Shown here: positions 52,150 through 64,000 of the stretch, in pieces
Position numbering within the stretch: position 1 is the first letter of the stretch
How the letters are laid out: the number at the start of each line of letters is the position of its first letter
Assembly: GCF_036321535.1 (NCBI RefSeq)
Contig: NC_087437.1
Span: 6,262,001-6,326,000 of the forward strand
Origin: Camelus dromedarius
Lineage: Eukaryota
Direction: 5' to 3'
DNA length: 64,000 bases
Notes under the pieces: model-generated
What the model saw: only the letters and a program-made list of their open reading frames with translations
Databases searched by the model: none
Told to the model about the DNA's origin: nothing
Made by a program: the position numbers and the translations under genes

Positions 52150-52282
52150 TTTATTTTAAATTTTTTTTATGGAGTTATAGTCATTTTACAATGTTGTGTC
52201 AAATTCCAGTGTAGAGCACAATTTTTCAGTTATACATGAACATACATACATTCATCGTCACATTCTCTTTCGCTGTGAGCCA
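52150..52282 (-). mobile_element. Young 5'-truncated L1 (133 bp) with 14-bp target-site duplication
   Basis: T-rich tail plus ggagttatagtcattttacaatgttgtgtc...; TSD atactactgaactt at 52136-52149 and 52283-52296. Confidence 0.9.
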
Positions 52283-54467
52283 ATACTACTGAACTTGAGC
52301 TGATAACCTTCCTTAGCTACATGAACACTTCATTTACTGTTATTTGTAAAAAATAAAATACATGTTATCAGAGGAAAAAATTTTTAAATGGTTATTTCAA
52401 AGAGAAAACAACTACTTATTTCAAGAAATTTTATTCCAGGCAGCTACAGCTGAATGACAATTATGTGGATAAAATTATTTAGTCCCAACAGTACTAACAT
52501 AAATATATTTATAAATCTTTATAAGACTAAAAATGTAAGACTCCAATCTTTAAGCCTATACTGTAAATGATCCAAAAATATGTAACACTTTGAACAGCAG
52601 TACATAAGAAAAGAAGTTTCAAATATATTCCAAGTAATTCAGGCTTTCAAAATATCTTCAGTCAACATTCACTACATACGAGGAAATTAAGTAACTCTAA
52701 AGTCATTTACGAAATTTTAAAAACATATTTTTAATAACTGAAAATTAATTTTGTCACAGTAATAAGTGTTAGTATCTTAATAGTTAAATCATTACAAATT
52801 AAAGATTTTAAAAATCCCCTAAGAATGTGTCAAAGTTCCCAGACTTTAGGATTCCTAAATGGGAAAAACCTCAGATAGAAACTTCAAGCCTCTATGTCAA
52901 ATAGAAATACAGTCACCTCTTGGTTATAAAGGACCCATTTTCTATTTGTCTCATTATGTGTTCATGTAACCTCTCCCTTCCAGTCCACAATGCTTCCTTC
53001 AGGTCTACTAGGTGCTACTGAGAGTAGCAGAACCGCAAAGAAGGCGCGGTCAAAGCGCTGACCAAGTTCACTGTTTGTTAAGTCTTTGTAAAAGTGATTA
53101 AGGGCAAGAAAGAAGGAAACATATTCTGTATTTTCCATATTTCACTTTCATCTAGAGTTGGCCATTTCTCCATTATCAAAGTGAGAGTTATGCCTAGTGC
53201 ATGAACACTGACAATCTAAAAAATTTCACAATAAACTTGGCAAAAAAAAAAAGAAAAAGAAAAAGAAAATTGACTCTCTCTACATCATCCAATTTAAAAA
53301 GGAAAACATCATAAAATGACGTTTATTTAAAAGTCAGCTGGCATAAACAGTCAATAAATATTTGTTAAATCAAATGAATAGATGAATTCCGACTGATTCT
53401 ACTCTGGAAGCAGATGATATTTTAGAGTCTATAAACAGAGACTTGCCCTTTCACCTTCTCCCTACACTCCCAAACATCTCCACTTAAAAATTTTTCAATT
53501 CAATGAAAAATATTTAGGAAGAACCATTCTTACATGTTACTCAAAATATGCCACTAGCATAAAACCTCATAGAGATGGTAACTGTTTTATTCAACTAGGA
53601 ACATCTGTTAGGATGAAATTGAAGGTTCAAGGATGGACATCACTAGTAGCTTCCAAAGGAACACAAGAGTCTCAGAATGAGATAGATGGGACTTCTGAAG
53701 CCAGGCTCGTGCTTATAAAGGGAAGTCACTGCAACCAGTTTAAGTCAACAACCTAAACACAGAAACCAAGTCTTCAGATGACAAAGTGGCACCCTACTGC
53801 AGAAATGTACATGTGAAGCCCAGGGAAGGAGACCAGTGAAACGATGTTAAATATTAAATAATAAAGGAATTTAACAGGAATCAGCTAAGAGGATGGTGAA
53901 GGAGTGACCTGTGACCCAGTAACTATTCGCCTTGAAAAGGAAAATTCCCTCAAGACCCTACTCAGAGTCAGCCCATGAAGTACTGGGCAGCCTCACCACA
54001 AACAGCCTGTATTCCACGTGTGAGACCCTGATATAATGTGGGTACATTACCAAAAGAAAATGAGAGAGAACTTTCATTCTTGGTTAAAGGGGAAGGCAAT
54101 AAGCTAGAACCTGCCTTTAGAGAGAATGAGAATAAAGTTATAAGAAGTCTAAGTCATCTCAACTCCAATTATTACTTCCAAAACATCTAGTGCTCCCAAA
54201 GACAGAGGACTAGGTAAACTGACAGAATACCAAATACACCGACTCTCAGTAAACGTGTCCTAAGCAGACAAGTGCATGTGTGGATATACAGGAGATAATT
54301 CTCAAGATGTCTTTCAGCCCAGGGACTAAGGAACTTGCGCCAGGGTTTAGGGAAAGGTAGGGTCTGTAAAGAATAGAAATTAGTTATTTAAACTCAAGAG
54401 GGACTCACTAGAGGTACTGTGAGAAAAAGCAAGCACAAGGCTAGTCCGTTTTTTGGTCTCACAATTG

Positions 54468-54658
54468 CAACTGACCCCTAAGCAACGCAGGGGTTAATCT
54501 GAGTGTAATTTACCATCAGCTGGCTGTATCCAAGGCTGCTGGGCATTCGCAGATTCAACCAGCCATGGACCATGTACCACTGTAGCATTTACTACTGAAA
54601 AATATCCACATGTGAGTGGACCCATGCAGTTCAAACCTGTGCTCTTCAAGGGTAGCTG
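54468..54658. mobile_element. Tigger2-related MITE
   Basis: caactgacccctaagcaac...gtggacccatgcagttcaaacctgtgctcttcaagggtagctg|ta resembles Tigger2 TIRs. Confidence 0.7.
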
Positions 54659-55025
54659 TAACTCCTTTCCCACTTGTTATCCTTCCTGACTTAAACTCTA
54701 CAGTATTGGAGCACAGCACACAAGCTGCTTCAATCATGTCCCAAGACACCATGAGCTGCACCTACAGCCAGAGGGGGAGGTCTATCACTACAGGTAGCTG
54801 GGAACTTGAGCAAGAATGGGTAAAGAGAGCAACATTTTTCCAATTCAGAAACACCTGAGAGTGATCTCAGAGACCACATGACACCAGGAAGAAAATGCTG
54901 GACCTCTAATGTGATTGTTGTACCCGTATTTATCAGCTGTGCCCCTGGGCTGAGGTGACTGGAAATATGAGTCATAAGGAACATTCATAGATTTTCACAT
55001 TCATGATTTTTTTACCCTTCCTCAC

Positions 55026-55058
55026 GCAATCCCGGAAAAGAAGTAAGTTATCACTTTT
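55026..55058 (-). CDS. Candidate 33-nt exon KSDNLLLFRDC; alternative donor gives 43 nt (55016-55058)
   Basis: ggttcgtatttatttctcag|AAAAGTG...CGGGATTGC|gtgagg, or ...GAGGAAGG|gtaaaa; CpGs retained; both forms can join the chain in frame. Confidence 0.4.
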
Positions 55059-55339
55059 CTGAGAAATAAATACGAACCATAAACTCCCTCAGGCCGGTGT
55101 GAGAAAGAAGTCCTGATTCTGATCTTAATGTAGCTTCGTGGTTCTCTAGAATGTACTACAGAAATATTTATACATTTGAGATTTTTCAAAAACTTCAAGA
55201 GACGTACCATTCATAAATGCTTGTTGAATGTCTTAATTCCAGTAACAGATTTTTTTTTAAAAAAACACAGAATTCCTAAACTGGAAACCATTGTTCATTT
55301 ACTTTGCTAAAATAGAAACCAGAACGGGGTAAGCTGAAT

Positions 55340-56945
55340 AGGAGAAGCCAAAAGCAGGGGGAAGCATCTACTCATGATGTTCCTTGTATGTGACATATCC
55401 TGGAAGTAACGCACAGCTGGACTGAAGATCTCTGGAGATGGACCTGTGCCCGTGTGTGCTGCCCGCCTGCCTGTCATTAACGAGAAACCATCCATGCCCC
55501 TATCCAAGGCCAACCTCTCCACCTGCACACACGGCGCCAGCAAATCTCTACTCTTCCTGGTATCACCGGTTTATTCCTCTCTACTGGAGTGTCTCAATAT
55601 TGACCCATGCTGCTTCTCCTCTACTTAAAAAAAAAAATCCTGTCTTGACCAATCTCCCCCTTAAGGTTGCCGCATATGTCTCTCCTCCCTCTCCACCTTG
55701 AACCCAGTCCAAGAAGACTTCTGTCCTCTACTACAATTGCTCTTCTCAAAGTCACCAACTACTTTCCATTGCTAAATCCAACAATCAATCCACAGTTCAG
55801 AGACATCTGTCACTGATGACGACTTCCCTCCCCTGGCACACTTACATCACTTAGCTTCCTTAGCTTTCAGATATTCTAAAAGCCAAAGCAGTTTTCCTCT
55901 TACCTCATTCAGTTTTCCTTCCCTGGCCTCCTCTGCTAATCCCTCTTCTCCTAACCCCTTGACTTAAAGCACCCCAAAGCTAGGGCCTTCAGCTGCCTCT
56001 AGCTGTATCTACTGGACTGCATCAATATTACCCCTTTAAAAATACCATCTGCCGCTGACAACTTTCAGAGTTTTGTTTTGTTTTTTAATCCCAGGCCTTC
56101 CCCCTGAACTCTGGGAGAGTATCTGTCTCCTTGACTGCTCCACTGAAATGTCTAATCAACACCCTCAACTCAGCAAGTCCAAAACCAGACCCCTGCCCTT
56201 CTCTCCCGAATGTACTCCTTTTATACTCTTCCCCTTCCTCACTAAACAAAGGTCTTATCTTTCCAGTTATTCAGACCAAAAGCATAACTGGAGTCATTCT
56301 TGACTCGTCCCTTTCACTCATAACTCAAATCCAATCCATCAGCAGTTCCTGCTGTTCAAATCACAATTCTCTCTCACCTCTAACTTTCACCTCTGCTTCT
56401 GCCCTTCCTCCCTTAAAATCATTTCTCAATCTGGCAAGATGTAATTCTGTTAAACTATAAATCAGATGTTGATACTTGCCAGCAGCTTCCCACCTCATTC
56501 AGGATAAAAGACACACACATCTCTAAAAGCCTGGATTCCCAGTCACCTTCCTGGCTTAACCCCGACTGCTCTCTCCTCACTTTGCTGCAGCCACACCGAC
56601 CACTCTGCTGGTCCTGACACATCAGTAATGCTCCCACATCAGTGCCTTTGTAATGCTTGTTCCCTCTGCTTGCGATGCTCACTCCCTCACCTCTGGCTGA
56701 TCTGTACTAAAATGTCACCTTCTCAGTGAGGCTTTCCCTCACCACTATTTAAAGTTTCCATTGTTGTCCCTACACTATAACTCTCTATCCTCCACTTCTT
56801 GTTTCTTTCCCTTCATAGCACCACCATCTAACCTACTACATCTCTCACTTATTCATCTTGTTTCTTGTTGGCCTCTCTAACCTAAAATGCAAGCTTAATC
56901 AAATTAAGAATTTTTCCCTTTTTTTCCACTATGATATCACCTAGA
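55340..56945 (+). mobile_element. L2 LINE, extended 3' portion
   Basis: tccaaggccaacctctccacctg..ctcaaagtcaccaa..ggagtcattcttgactc..caaatccaatccatcagc..aatgtcaccttctcagtgagg. Confidence 0.8.
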
Positions 56946-57729
56946 AAACTACTCAGTGAGGAAGACTGGCTTCAAATTTCTCAGGAGGAATAATGGATGT
57001 TAGAAACAAATTGAGCACAGTCTTTAAAGTTCTGAGGAAAGTTATTTTACACCTAGAAATACATACCCAGCTAAATTATCAATCAAATGTGATATAAGAG
57101 TAAACTATTTTTAATAAGCCCAACTCAGAAAATTCATTTTTCACCATCTAACCTTCTGAAAAATGTATTTAAATTGTGACAATGGAACACAGGAAACATT
57201 AGAAATAACCCAGTAATATAATGAAAAAGATCTGAGGATGACAATTCAGTAAAAGGTCAAGGATGCTCTGGTCCATATTAAAATAGATGGTCCAGGTGTA
57301 GTGAGGTATTTCTTTAAAAAGAGAGTAGATAATCTTACAAACATTTATTTTACAATTTATGCTTTAAAGCATAAAACTACAACTATGGTGTGCTATCCAT
57401 CAGTGGAGAGACACAGACCTCCTATGAACATAAAGCAAAAAGAATGGTAATTTAAAACTCTGGTAAACACAAAGAACTAAACACATGCAGAAAAAAAAAA
57501 CACGGTAGAAATATGAAGCAAGATATAGTATGATTTTGAGAAGATGAAGAAAAGTAAGAAATCTCCTGTTCTAGAAAACAATGTCCATTGGTCGATTAGT
57601 TCTGGAAGGAAAGCAGGTATGTGATGAACTGAATTGATACATAATCGTTAAATAAGAAATACTGGATGTAATCATTTCTCTTCAATGTTACTTTGCTGAA
57701 AGTCATTCATCACTGTCATACTCTAATCA

Positions 57730-58370
57730 CCAAAAAATGGAAAATCACAAGTGTTGACAACACGTGGAGAAAATGGAACCCTCATACATTGCTGGTGGGA
57801 ATATGAAGTGCTGCAGCTACTGTGGAAAATAATTTGGTGGTTCCTTAAAAAGGTAAACAAAAAATTACAACGTGACCCAGCATTTTACTCCTAGGTATAT
57901 ACCTAAAAGAGCTGATTTAGGTACTCAAATAAGTATATGTAAATATAAATTCACAAAAGCAGTCTTCACAATAGCCAAAAGGTGGAAGTCAACTAAATAA
58001 TTATATATACAATGGAATATTATTCAGCTATGAAAAGGAGTAAAGTACTGACATATGCTACACCATAGATGAACCTTGAAAACAGCATGCCCACTGGAAG
58101 AAGCAACACAAAAAATGTCACATATGATTCCATTTATATGAAATATTCAAAAATAGATAAATCCTTAGAGACAGAAAGCAGACTGATGGATATCAGGAGT
58201 TGGCAGGAGGGCAGAATGAGGAGAAACTGTTTAAAGGGTAAGGCATTTGACCCTGGTGTGATGGAAACATGTGGAATGAGAGACAGCGGTGGTTGCACAA
58301 CACTGAATGTACTAAATGATACTGGATTATTCACTTAATTTTATGTTATATAAATGTCACCTCAATAAAT
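57730..58370 (+). mobile_element. L1MB/MC-type 3' end
   Basis: caagtgttgac..ggaaccctcatacattgctggtgggaat..gatgaaccttgaaaac..tgtcacctcaataaa. Confidence 0.85.
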
Positions 58371-58654
58371 TATTCCCAAAAAGATACTCTATTTTTAGAT
58401 CAGCCTTTTCCTATTTTCTTACTTACAGAGTATTAAAAGGTTTCCATTATCTTCTTGAATTATTGGAAGGATCTTAGGACTAAATATTTATGGTTTTGAA
58501 AAAACATTTATCTAAAGTTCACTAATCATTAATGCTTCATTTCATTTATTCCCCTCTGTTTAATTCAAGTCACAAAATTTTAAATGTAATACTTTAAAAA
58601 TACGTATCAGTTCATCACTACAAGGTAGGGTTAGGGATTTTTTGCTTGCTTCTT

Positions 58655-60778
58655 TTTTACATTATTTTTATTTTATTCAGCTCTATGGAGGTACAACTGA
58701 CCTCAATATAATGTAGTAAAATTGCAAGACATTTAAAGTGTGTATTGTGATGATCTGATGTATGTGTACATTGTAAAATGGTTCCTATCATCTAATTAAT
58801 TAAAATATGCACTTTTGATGGGGTGAAAACATTTAAATTCTACTCTCCTAGTGAATTTCAATTATATAACACAGTGTTATCAACCATATTCACCATGTTA
58901 CACATTAGCTCCTCAGACCTTATTCGTCTTGCAGCTAAAAGTTTGTACCTTTTTTTTTTTTTTTTTACTTACTTCTATTTCCCCTAACCATCCAGCCCCT
59001 AGTAACTACTTTTCCACTCTCAGTTTCTAAGAGTTTGAATTTTTCCCTCAGTTTTTTATAGATTCCACATGTGATACCATGCAGTATTTGTTCTTCTCTG
59101 GCTTATTTTACTTAGCAAAACACCTTCAAGATTCATCCATGTTGTTGCAAATGGCAGGGTTTCCTTCCTTCTCAAGGCTGAATAATACTCCACTGTATAT
59201 ATGTACCATATCTTCATTCTCCATTCATCCATGTTGGGCACTTAAGTTGTTTCCATATCTTGGATATTGTGAATAATATTGCAATAAACATGGGAGTAAA
59301 GATACTGCTTTGATATTCTGTTTACATTTCCTTTGGATATATACCCAGAAGTTAAATTGCTAGATCATAGACTAGTTCTATTTTTAGTCTTTTAAGGAAC
59401 TTCCATACTGTTTTCTATAGTGGCTACACCAATTTACATTCAAACTGACAGTGCACAACGGTTTCCTTTGCTCCACACCCTCACCAATACTTCTTATCTC
59501 TTGTCTTTTTAATGATACAAATTGTGACAGCTGTGAGGTGACATCTCCTTGTGGTTTTGATTTGCATTTCCCTGATAATTAGTGATGCTGAGCATTTTTT
59601 TATGTACTTGTTGGCCATCTGTATGTCTTTGGAAAAAATGTCTATTCAGTCCTTCTTTTCATTTTTTAATCAGATTGTTTGGTTTTCTGCTATTGAGCTG
59701 TGTGAGTTCTCAATGTATTTTGGATATTATCCCCTTATCAGATGTATGGTTTACAAGTATTTTCTCCTATTCATTAGGTTGCTGTTTCATTTTGTTGATG
59801 GTTTCCTTTGCTGTGCAGTAACTTTTACCTTTGATACACTCCAACCTACTTGCTGATTTTTTATTTTGTTGCCTCTGCTTTTGGCGTCAAATTTAAAAAA
59901 TCACTGACAGGACCAATGCTTCTAGGAGTATCATGGCTTCATATTTTATGTTCAAGTTTTAATCCATTTGGAATTGGTGTTTGTGTATGGTATAAGATAG
60001 GGATCTAATTTCGTTCTTCTGCCTATGGCTGTCCAATTTTCCCAACACTATTTATTTAAGAGACTTTCCCCAATGAATATTCTTAGCTCCTCTGTAAAAA
60101 AATTAACCTTCTATGGGTGGGTTTATTTCTAGGCTCTCATTTCTGTTCCATTAATCCATGAGTCTGTTTTTTAATGCCAATATCATACTGTTTAGATTAT
60201 TATAGCTTTGTAATATAGTCTGAAATCAGGAAGTGTGATGTCTCCAGCTTTGTTCTTCTTTCTCAGGATAGCTTTGGCTATTCAGGGTCTTTGTAATTCC
60301 ATATAAATTTTAGGACTGCTTTTTCTATTTATGTGAAAAATGTCATTGGACTTCTGAAAGAGATTTCATTGAAAATGTAGTAGTATGGGTAATACTTTGG
60401 GTAGTATGGACATTTTAACAACATGAATTCTTTCAATCCATGTGCACAGAATATTTTTCCATTTATTTGTCTTCTTCAATGTCTTATAATATTCAGTGTA
60501 CATATCTTTCATCTCCTTGGTTAAATTTATTCTCATGTTTTATCCTCTTTGATGAAATTGTAAATGGGATTTTTTCTTAATTTCCCTTTCTGATATTTCA
60601 TTGTTAGTGTATAGAAATGCAAAGGGTTTTTACATATTGATTTTATATCCTGCAATTTTACTGAATTTGTTTATTACAGTTTTTTGGTGGAGTTTTCTAT
60701 ATACAATATCATACCTCTGCAAATACAAACATTTTTACTTCTTTCTTTCTAATCTGAGTACCTTTTACTTGTTTTTTG

Positions 60779-60809
<31 letters not shown>

Positions 60810-61670
60810 TGCTTGAATTTTCTGGTTAGGACTTTGAGTATTATGCCAAATAAAAGTGGTGAGATTGGTTCTTTGAATATGGGGGACATATTTTTATCGT
60901 TCATTTTATTAATGTGGTATATCACACTGATTGATTTGTGGATGTTGAACCATCCTTGCATCACTGAAAATAATCCCAGGTGATTAAGGTCTATGATTCT
61001 TTAATGTACCACTGAATTAAGTTCAGTTTGGCTTATTGAGGATTTTTGCATCTGTGTTCATCAAGGATACTGGCTTGTAATTTTCTTTTCTTATAGTACC
61101 AAGTTTTGGTATCCGGGTAATCCTTGCTTTATAAAGTAGCTTTAGAAGAGTTCCCTCCTCTCTGGTTTTTTTGGAAGAGTTTGAGAAGAACTGACATGAA
61201 TTGTATTTTAAATGTTTGCTGGAATTCACCAGTGAAGTCATCTGGTTCTGAACTTTCTTGGGAGGTTTTTGATTACTGACTCAATCTCCTTATTAGTAAT
61301 TGGACTATTCAGATTTTCTATTTCTTCATGATTGACAGGTTATAAATTTCTAGAAACTTAACTATTTCTTCTAGGTTGTTCAATTTGATGGTGAATACCT
61401 GTTCATAGTAGTCTCTTATGAAACTTTGTATTTCTGTGATAGTAGTCCCGACCCCCCACCCCCAGTATATCTAGCTAAAAGCTGATCTATTTGGTTTTAG
61501 TTTTTCAAAAATCAGCTCTTTGTATCGTTGATATTTTCTGTTGTTATTTTAGTCTCTATTTCATTTATTTGTGTTCTGTCTTTTCCATTCTTCTACTAAT
61601 TTTATGTTTAGTTTGTTCTTCTACTAGTTCTGTGAGATGTAACATTAGCTTGTTTATTTGAGTTTCCTGT
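58655..61670 (-). mobile_element. L1MA-type LINE (3' UTR plus decayed ORF2); resumes at about 63765-63840
   Basis: ORF2 relics on minus strand (QGWFNIHKSISVIYHINK; KENYKPVSLMNTDAKILNK; LPFATTWMNLEG), frameshifted. Confidence 0.9.
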
Positions 61671-61779
61671 GTGTGTTTTTTTTTCAAATTGAATAAAAAA
61701 GTCTTCAAATTCTATAGTGCTTTACAATTTTCAAAAGTACCAAACACACAATTTCATATAATGCTAAAATAGCCCTTTT

Positions 61780-63765
61780 TCTCCCCTATCCCTATACTGC
61801 CACTCCTCCCTTCCCTCTCTCAGCTGGTAACCACTAGGTTATTCTCTATATGTGTGAGTCTGCTTTTTTTTGTTGTTTGTGTTATTCATTAGTGTGTTGT
61901 ATTTTCTGCATATAAGTAATATCATACAGCATTTATCTTTCTCTGTCTGACTTATTCCATTCACCATAATGCCCTCCAATTCTATCTATATTGCTACAAA
62001 TGGAAAAATTTCATCCTTTGTTATGGCTGAGTGGCATTCTAGTGTGTGCATGTGTGTGTGTGTGTGTGTTCCACTGTATATATGCCACATATTTATCCAT
62101 TCATCTGCTGATGGACACTTAGATTGCTTCTATGCCTTGGCAATTATAAATAATGCTGTTATGAACATTGGGGTGCAAGTATCTTTTCAAATTAATTAGT
62201 GTCTTTGGTTTTTTTGGATACATATATACCCAGAAGTGGAACTGCTGGGTCATATGGTAGTTCTATTTTAGTTTTCTGAGAAACCTCCATATTGTTTTAC
62301 ACACCAATTCACATTCCGACTAACAGTGTACGAGGGTTTCTTTTCTCCCAGATCCTCACCAACATTTGTTATTTGTGTTCTTTTTGATGACAGCCATTCT
62401 GACTAGTGTGAGACGATATCTCATTGTGGTTTTGATTTACATTTCCTTGATGATTAGTGATGTTGAGCATCTTTTTTTGTGCCTGTTGGCCATCTGCATT
62501 TCCTTTTTGGAAAAATGTCTATTCAGTTCTTATGCCATTTTTAAATTGGGTTGTTGGTTGTTTTGATGTTGAGTTGTATGAGCTGTTTATATGTGTTGGA
62601 TATTAACCCCTTATCAGTCATATCACTTGCAAATATCTTCTCCTATTCAGTAGATTGTCTTTTCATTCTGTTAATGGTTTCCTTTGCTGTACATAAGCTT
62701 TTACATTTAATTAAGCCCCATCTGTTTATTTTTATTTTTGTTTTCTATGCTTTAGGAGATGGGTCCAAAAAATTATTGCTGCAATTTAAGTCAAATAGTG
62801 TTCTGCCTATGTTTTCCTCTAGTTTTATAATATTTGGTCTTACATTTAGGTCTTTTATCCATTTTGAGTTTATTTTTGTATATGGTGTTAGAGAATGTTC
62901 TATTTTCATTCTTTAACATGTAGCTGTCCAATTTTCCCAGCACCACTTCTTAAAGAAACTATCTTTTCTCCATTGTACATTCTTGTTTCCTTTGTCTTAG
63001 ATTAACTGACCATAAGTATGTGGGTTTATTTTGGGGCTATTCTGTTCCATTTATCTATGTATCTGCTTTTGTGCCAATACCATGCTGTTTTGATTGCTGT
63101 AGCTTTGTAGTATAGTCTGAGGTCATGGAGCATGATTTCTCCAGGTCTGTTCTTTTTTCTCAGGATTGGTTTGGTTATTTGGGGTCTTTTGTGTTTCTAT
63201 ACAAATTTTAAAATTACTTGTTTTATATTTGTGAAAAAATGCCACTGGCATTTTGATAGGGATTGCATTGAATCTGTAGATTGCTTTGAGTAGTATATTC
63301 ATTTTAACAATATTAATTCTTCCAATCCAAGAACATAGTGTATCTTTCCATCTGTCAGTGTCATCTTCAGTTTCTCTCATCACTGTCTTACCATTTTTTG
63401 AGCACAGGCCTTTTATCTCCTTAGGTAGGTTTACTCCTAGTTATTTTATTCTTTTTGATGTGATGTAATGAGGATTGTTTCCTTAATTTCTCTTTCTAAT
63501 AGTCTCTTGTTAATGTACAGAAATGCAACAGATTTCTGTGTATTAATTTTGTATCCCGCAACTTTACCAAATTGATTGATGAGCTCTAGTAATTTTCTGG
63601 TGATGTCTTTAGGAATTTCTGTGTACAGCATTATGTCATTTGCAGTGACAGTTACACTTCTTCCTTTACAATTTGGATTCCTTTTATTTCTTTTTCTTCT
63701 CTGGCTGCTGTAGCTAGGATTTCCAAAACTATTTTGGATAAATGTAGCAAGAATGGACATCCTTG
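61780..63765 (-). mobile_element. Younger L1 (3' UTR plus ORF2 RT fragment) nested in the older L1
   Basis: Minus-strand relics LLELINQFGKVAGYKINTQKSVAFLY and WKDTLCSWIGRINIVKM; second independent L1 3' end. Confidence 0.9.
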
Positions 63766-64000
63766 AGTTTTCTTTTTCTTAATGTAAGTTAATGTAAGTG
63801 TTTATCACTTTGAACTTCCCTCTTAGAACTGCTTTAGCTATACTGGATTAGGGCTAATTTTTATCTTCTTTTTACTTTTACATATGTACCAAACTTTGTA
63901 ACAAAACATATTACTTTTATATAAAAATACTTGCAATTCATTAAAAGGGTAAAAGTCTTAAAAAAAATGGGAATGAGTACAAGAAGAGACTACTTTGGGA

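Noticed and set aside
59056..63760. ORFs with RT-like peptides
   Set aside because: Frameshifted L1 ORF2 remnants, not functional genes.
1..64000. tRNA, rRNA, snoRNA, CRISPR or other prokaryotic-type systems
   Set aside because: None seen; the sequence is mammalian intronic DNA.

Overview
Mammalian genomic DNA, AT-rich with no CpG island or promoter. It is probably cetartiodactyl and most like a camelid: L1 3' ends and Tigger MITEs are of that type, and I saw no Alu, B1, Bov-A/BovB, CHR, PRE-1 or Can-SINE. None of the supplied ORFs is a credible gene; they are chance ORFs or L1 ORF2 relics. Much of the window is interspersed repeat (MIR, L2, L1, MLT1/MLT2 and ERV1 LTRs, hAT and Tigger MITEs). 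The repeat-poor remainder reads as the interior of one large minus-strand transcription unit. The main signal is a chain of at least 14 tiny minus-strand exons (6-55 nt, most <=34 nt) spread over about 53 kb, each with polypyrimidine-AG and GT/GC boundaries. Spliced in order they give a stop-free 112-codon frame with a Cys/His/Trp-rich N-terminal half: KSDNLLLFRDCGRALNSYCVHMPSMMGWRCDHHCRETEFWHTGHYTCFWYCYKAEVEQLRSTWIPKIPRKTLRSETSGSSREPDPYHLKGNSLPFLSVRSDIYSKFALFEYK. I do not recognise this protein. It may be a microexon-built ORF or uORF that standard gene finders miss, with extra frame-switching and poison microexons. The exon chain was inferred by eye and needs RNA and conservation confirmation.
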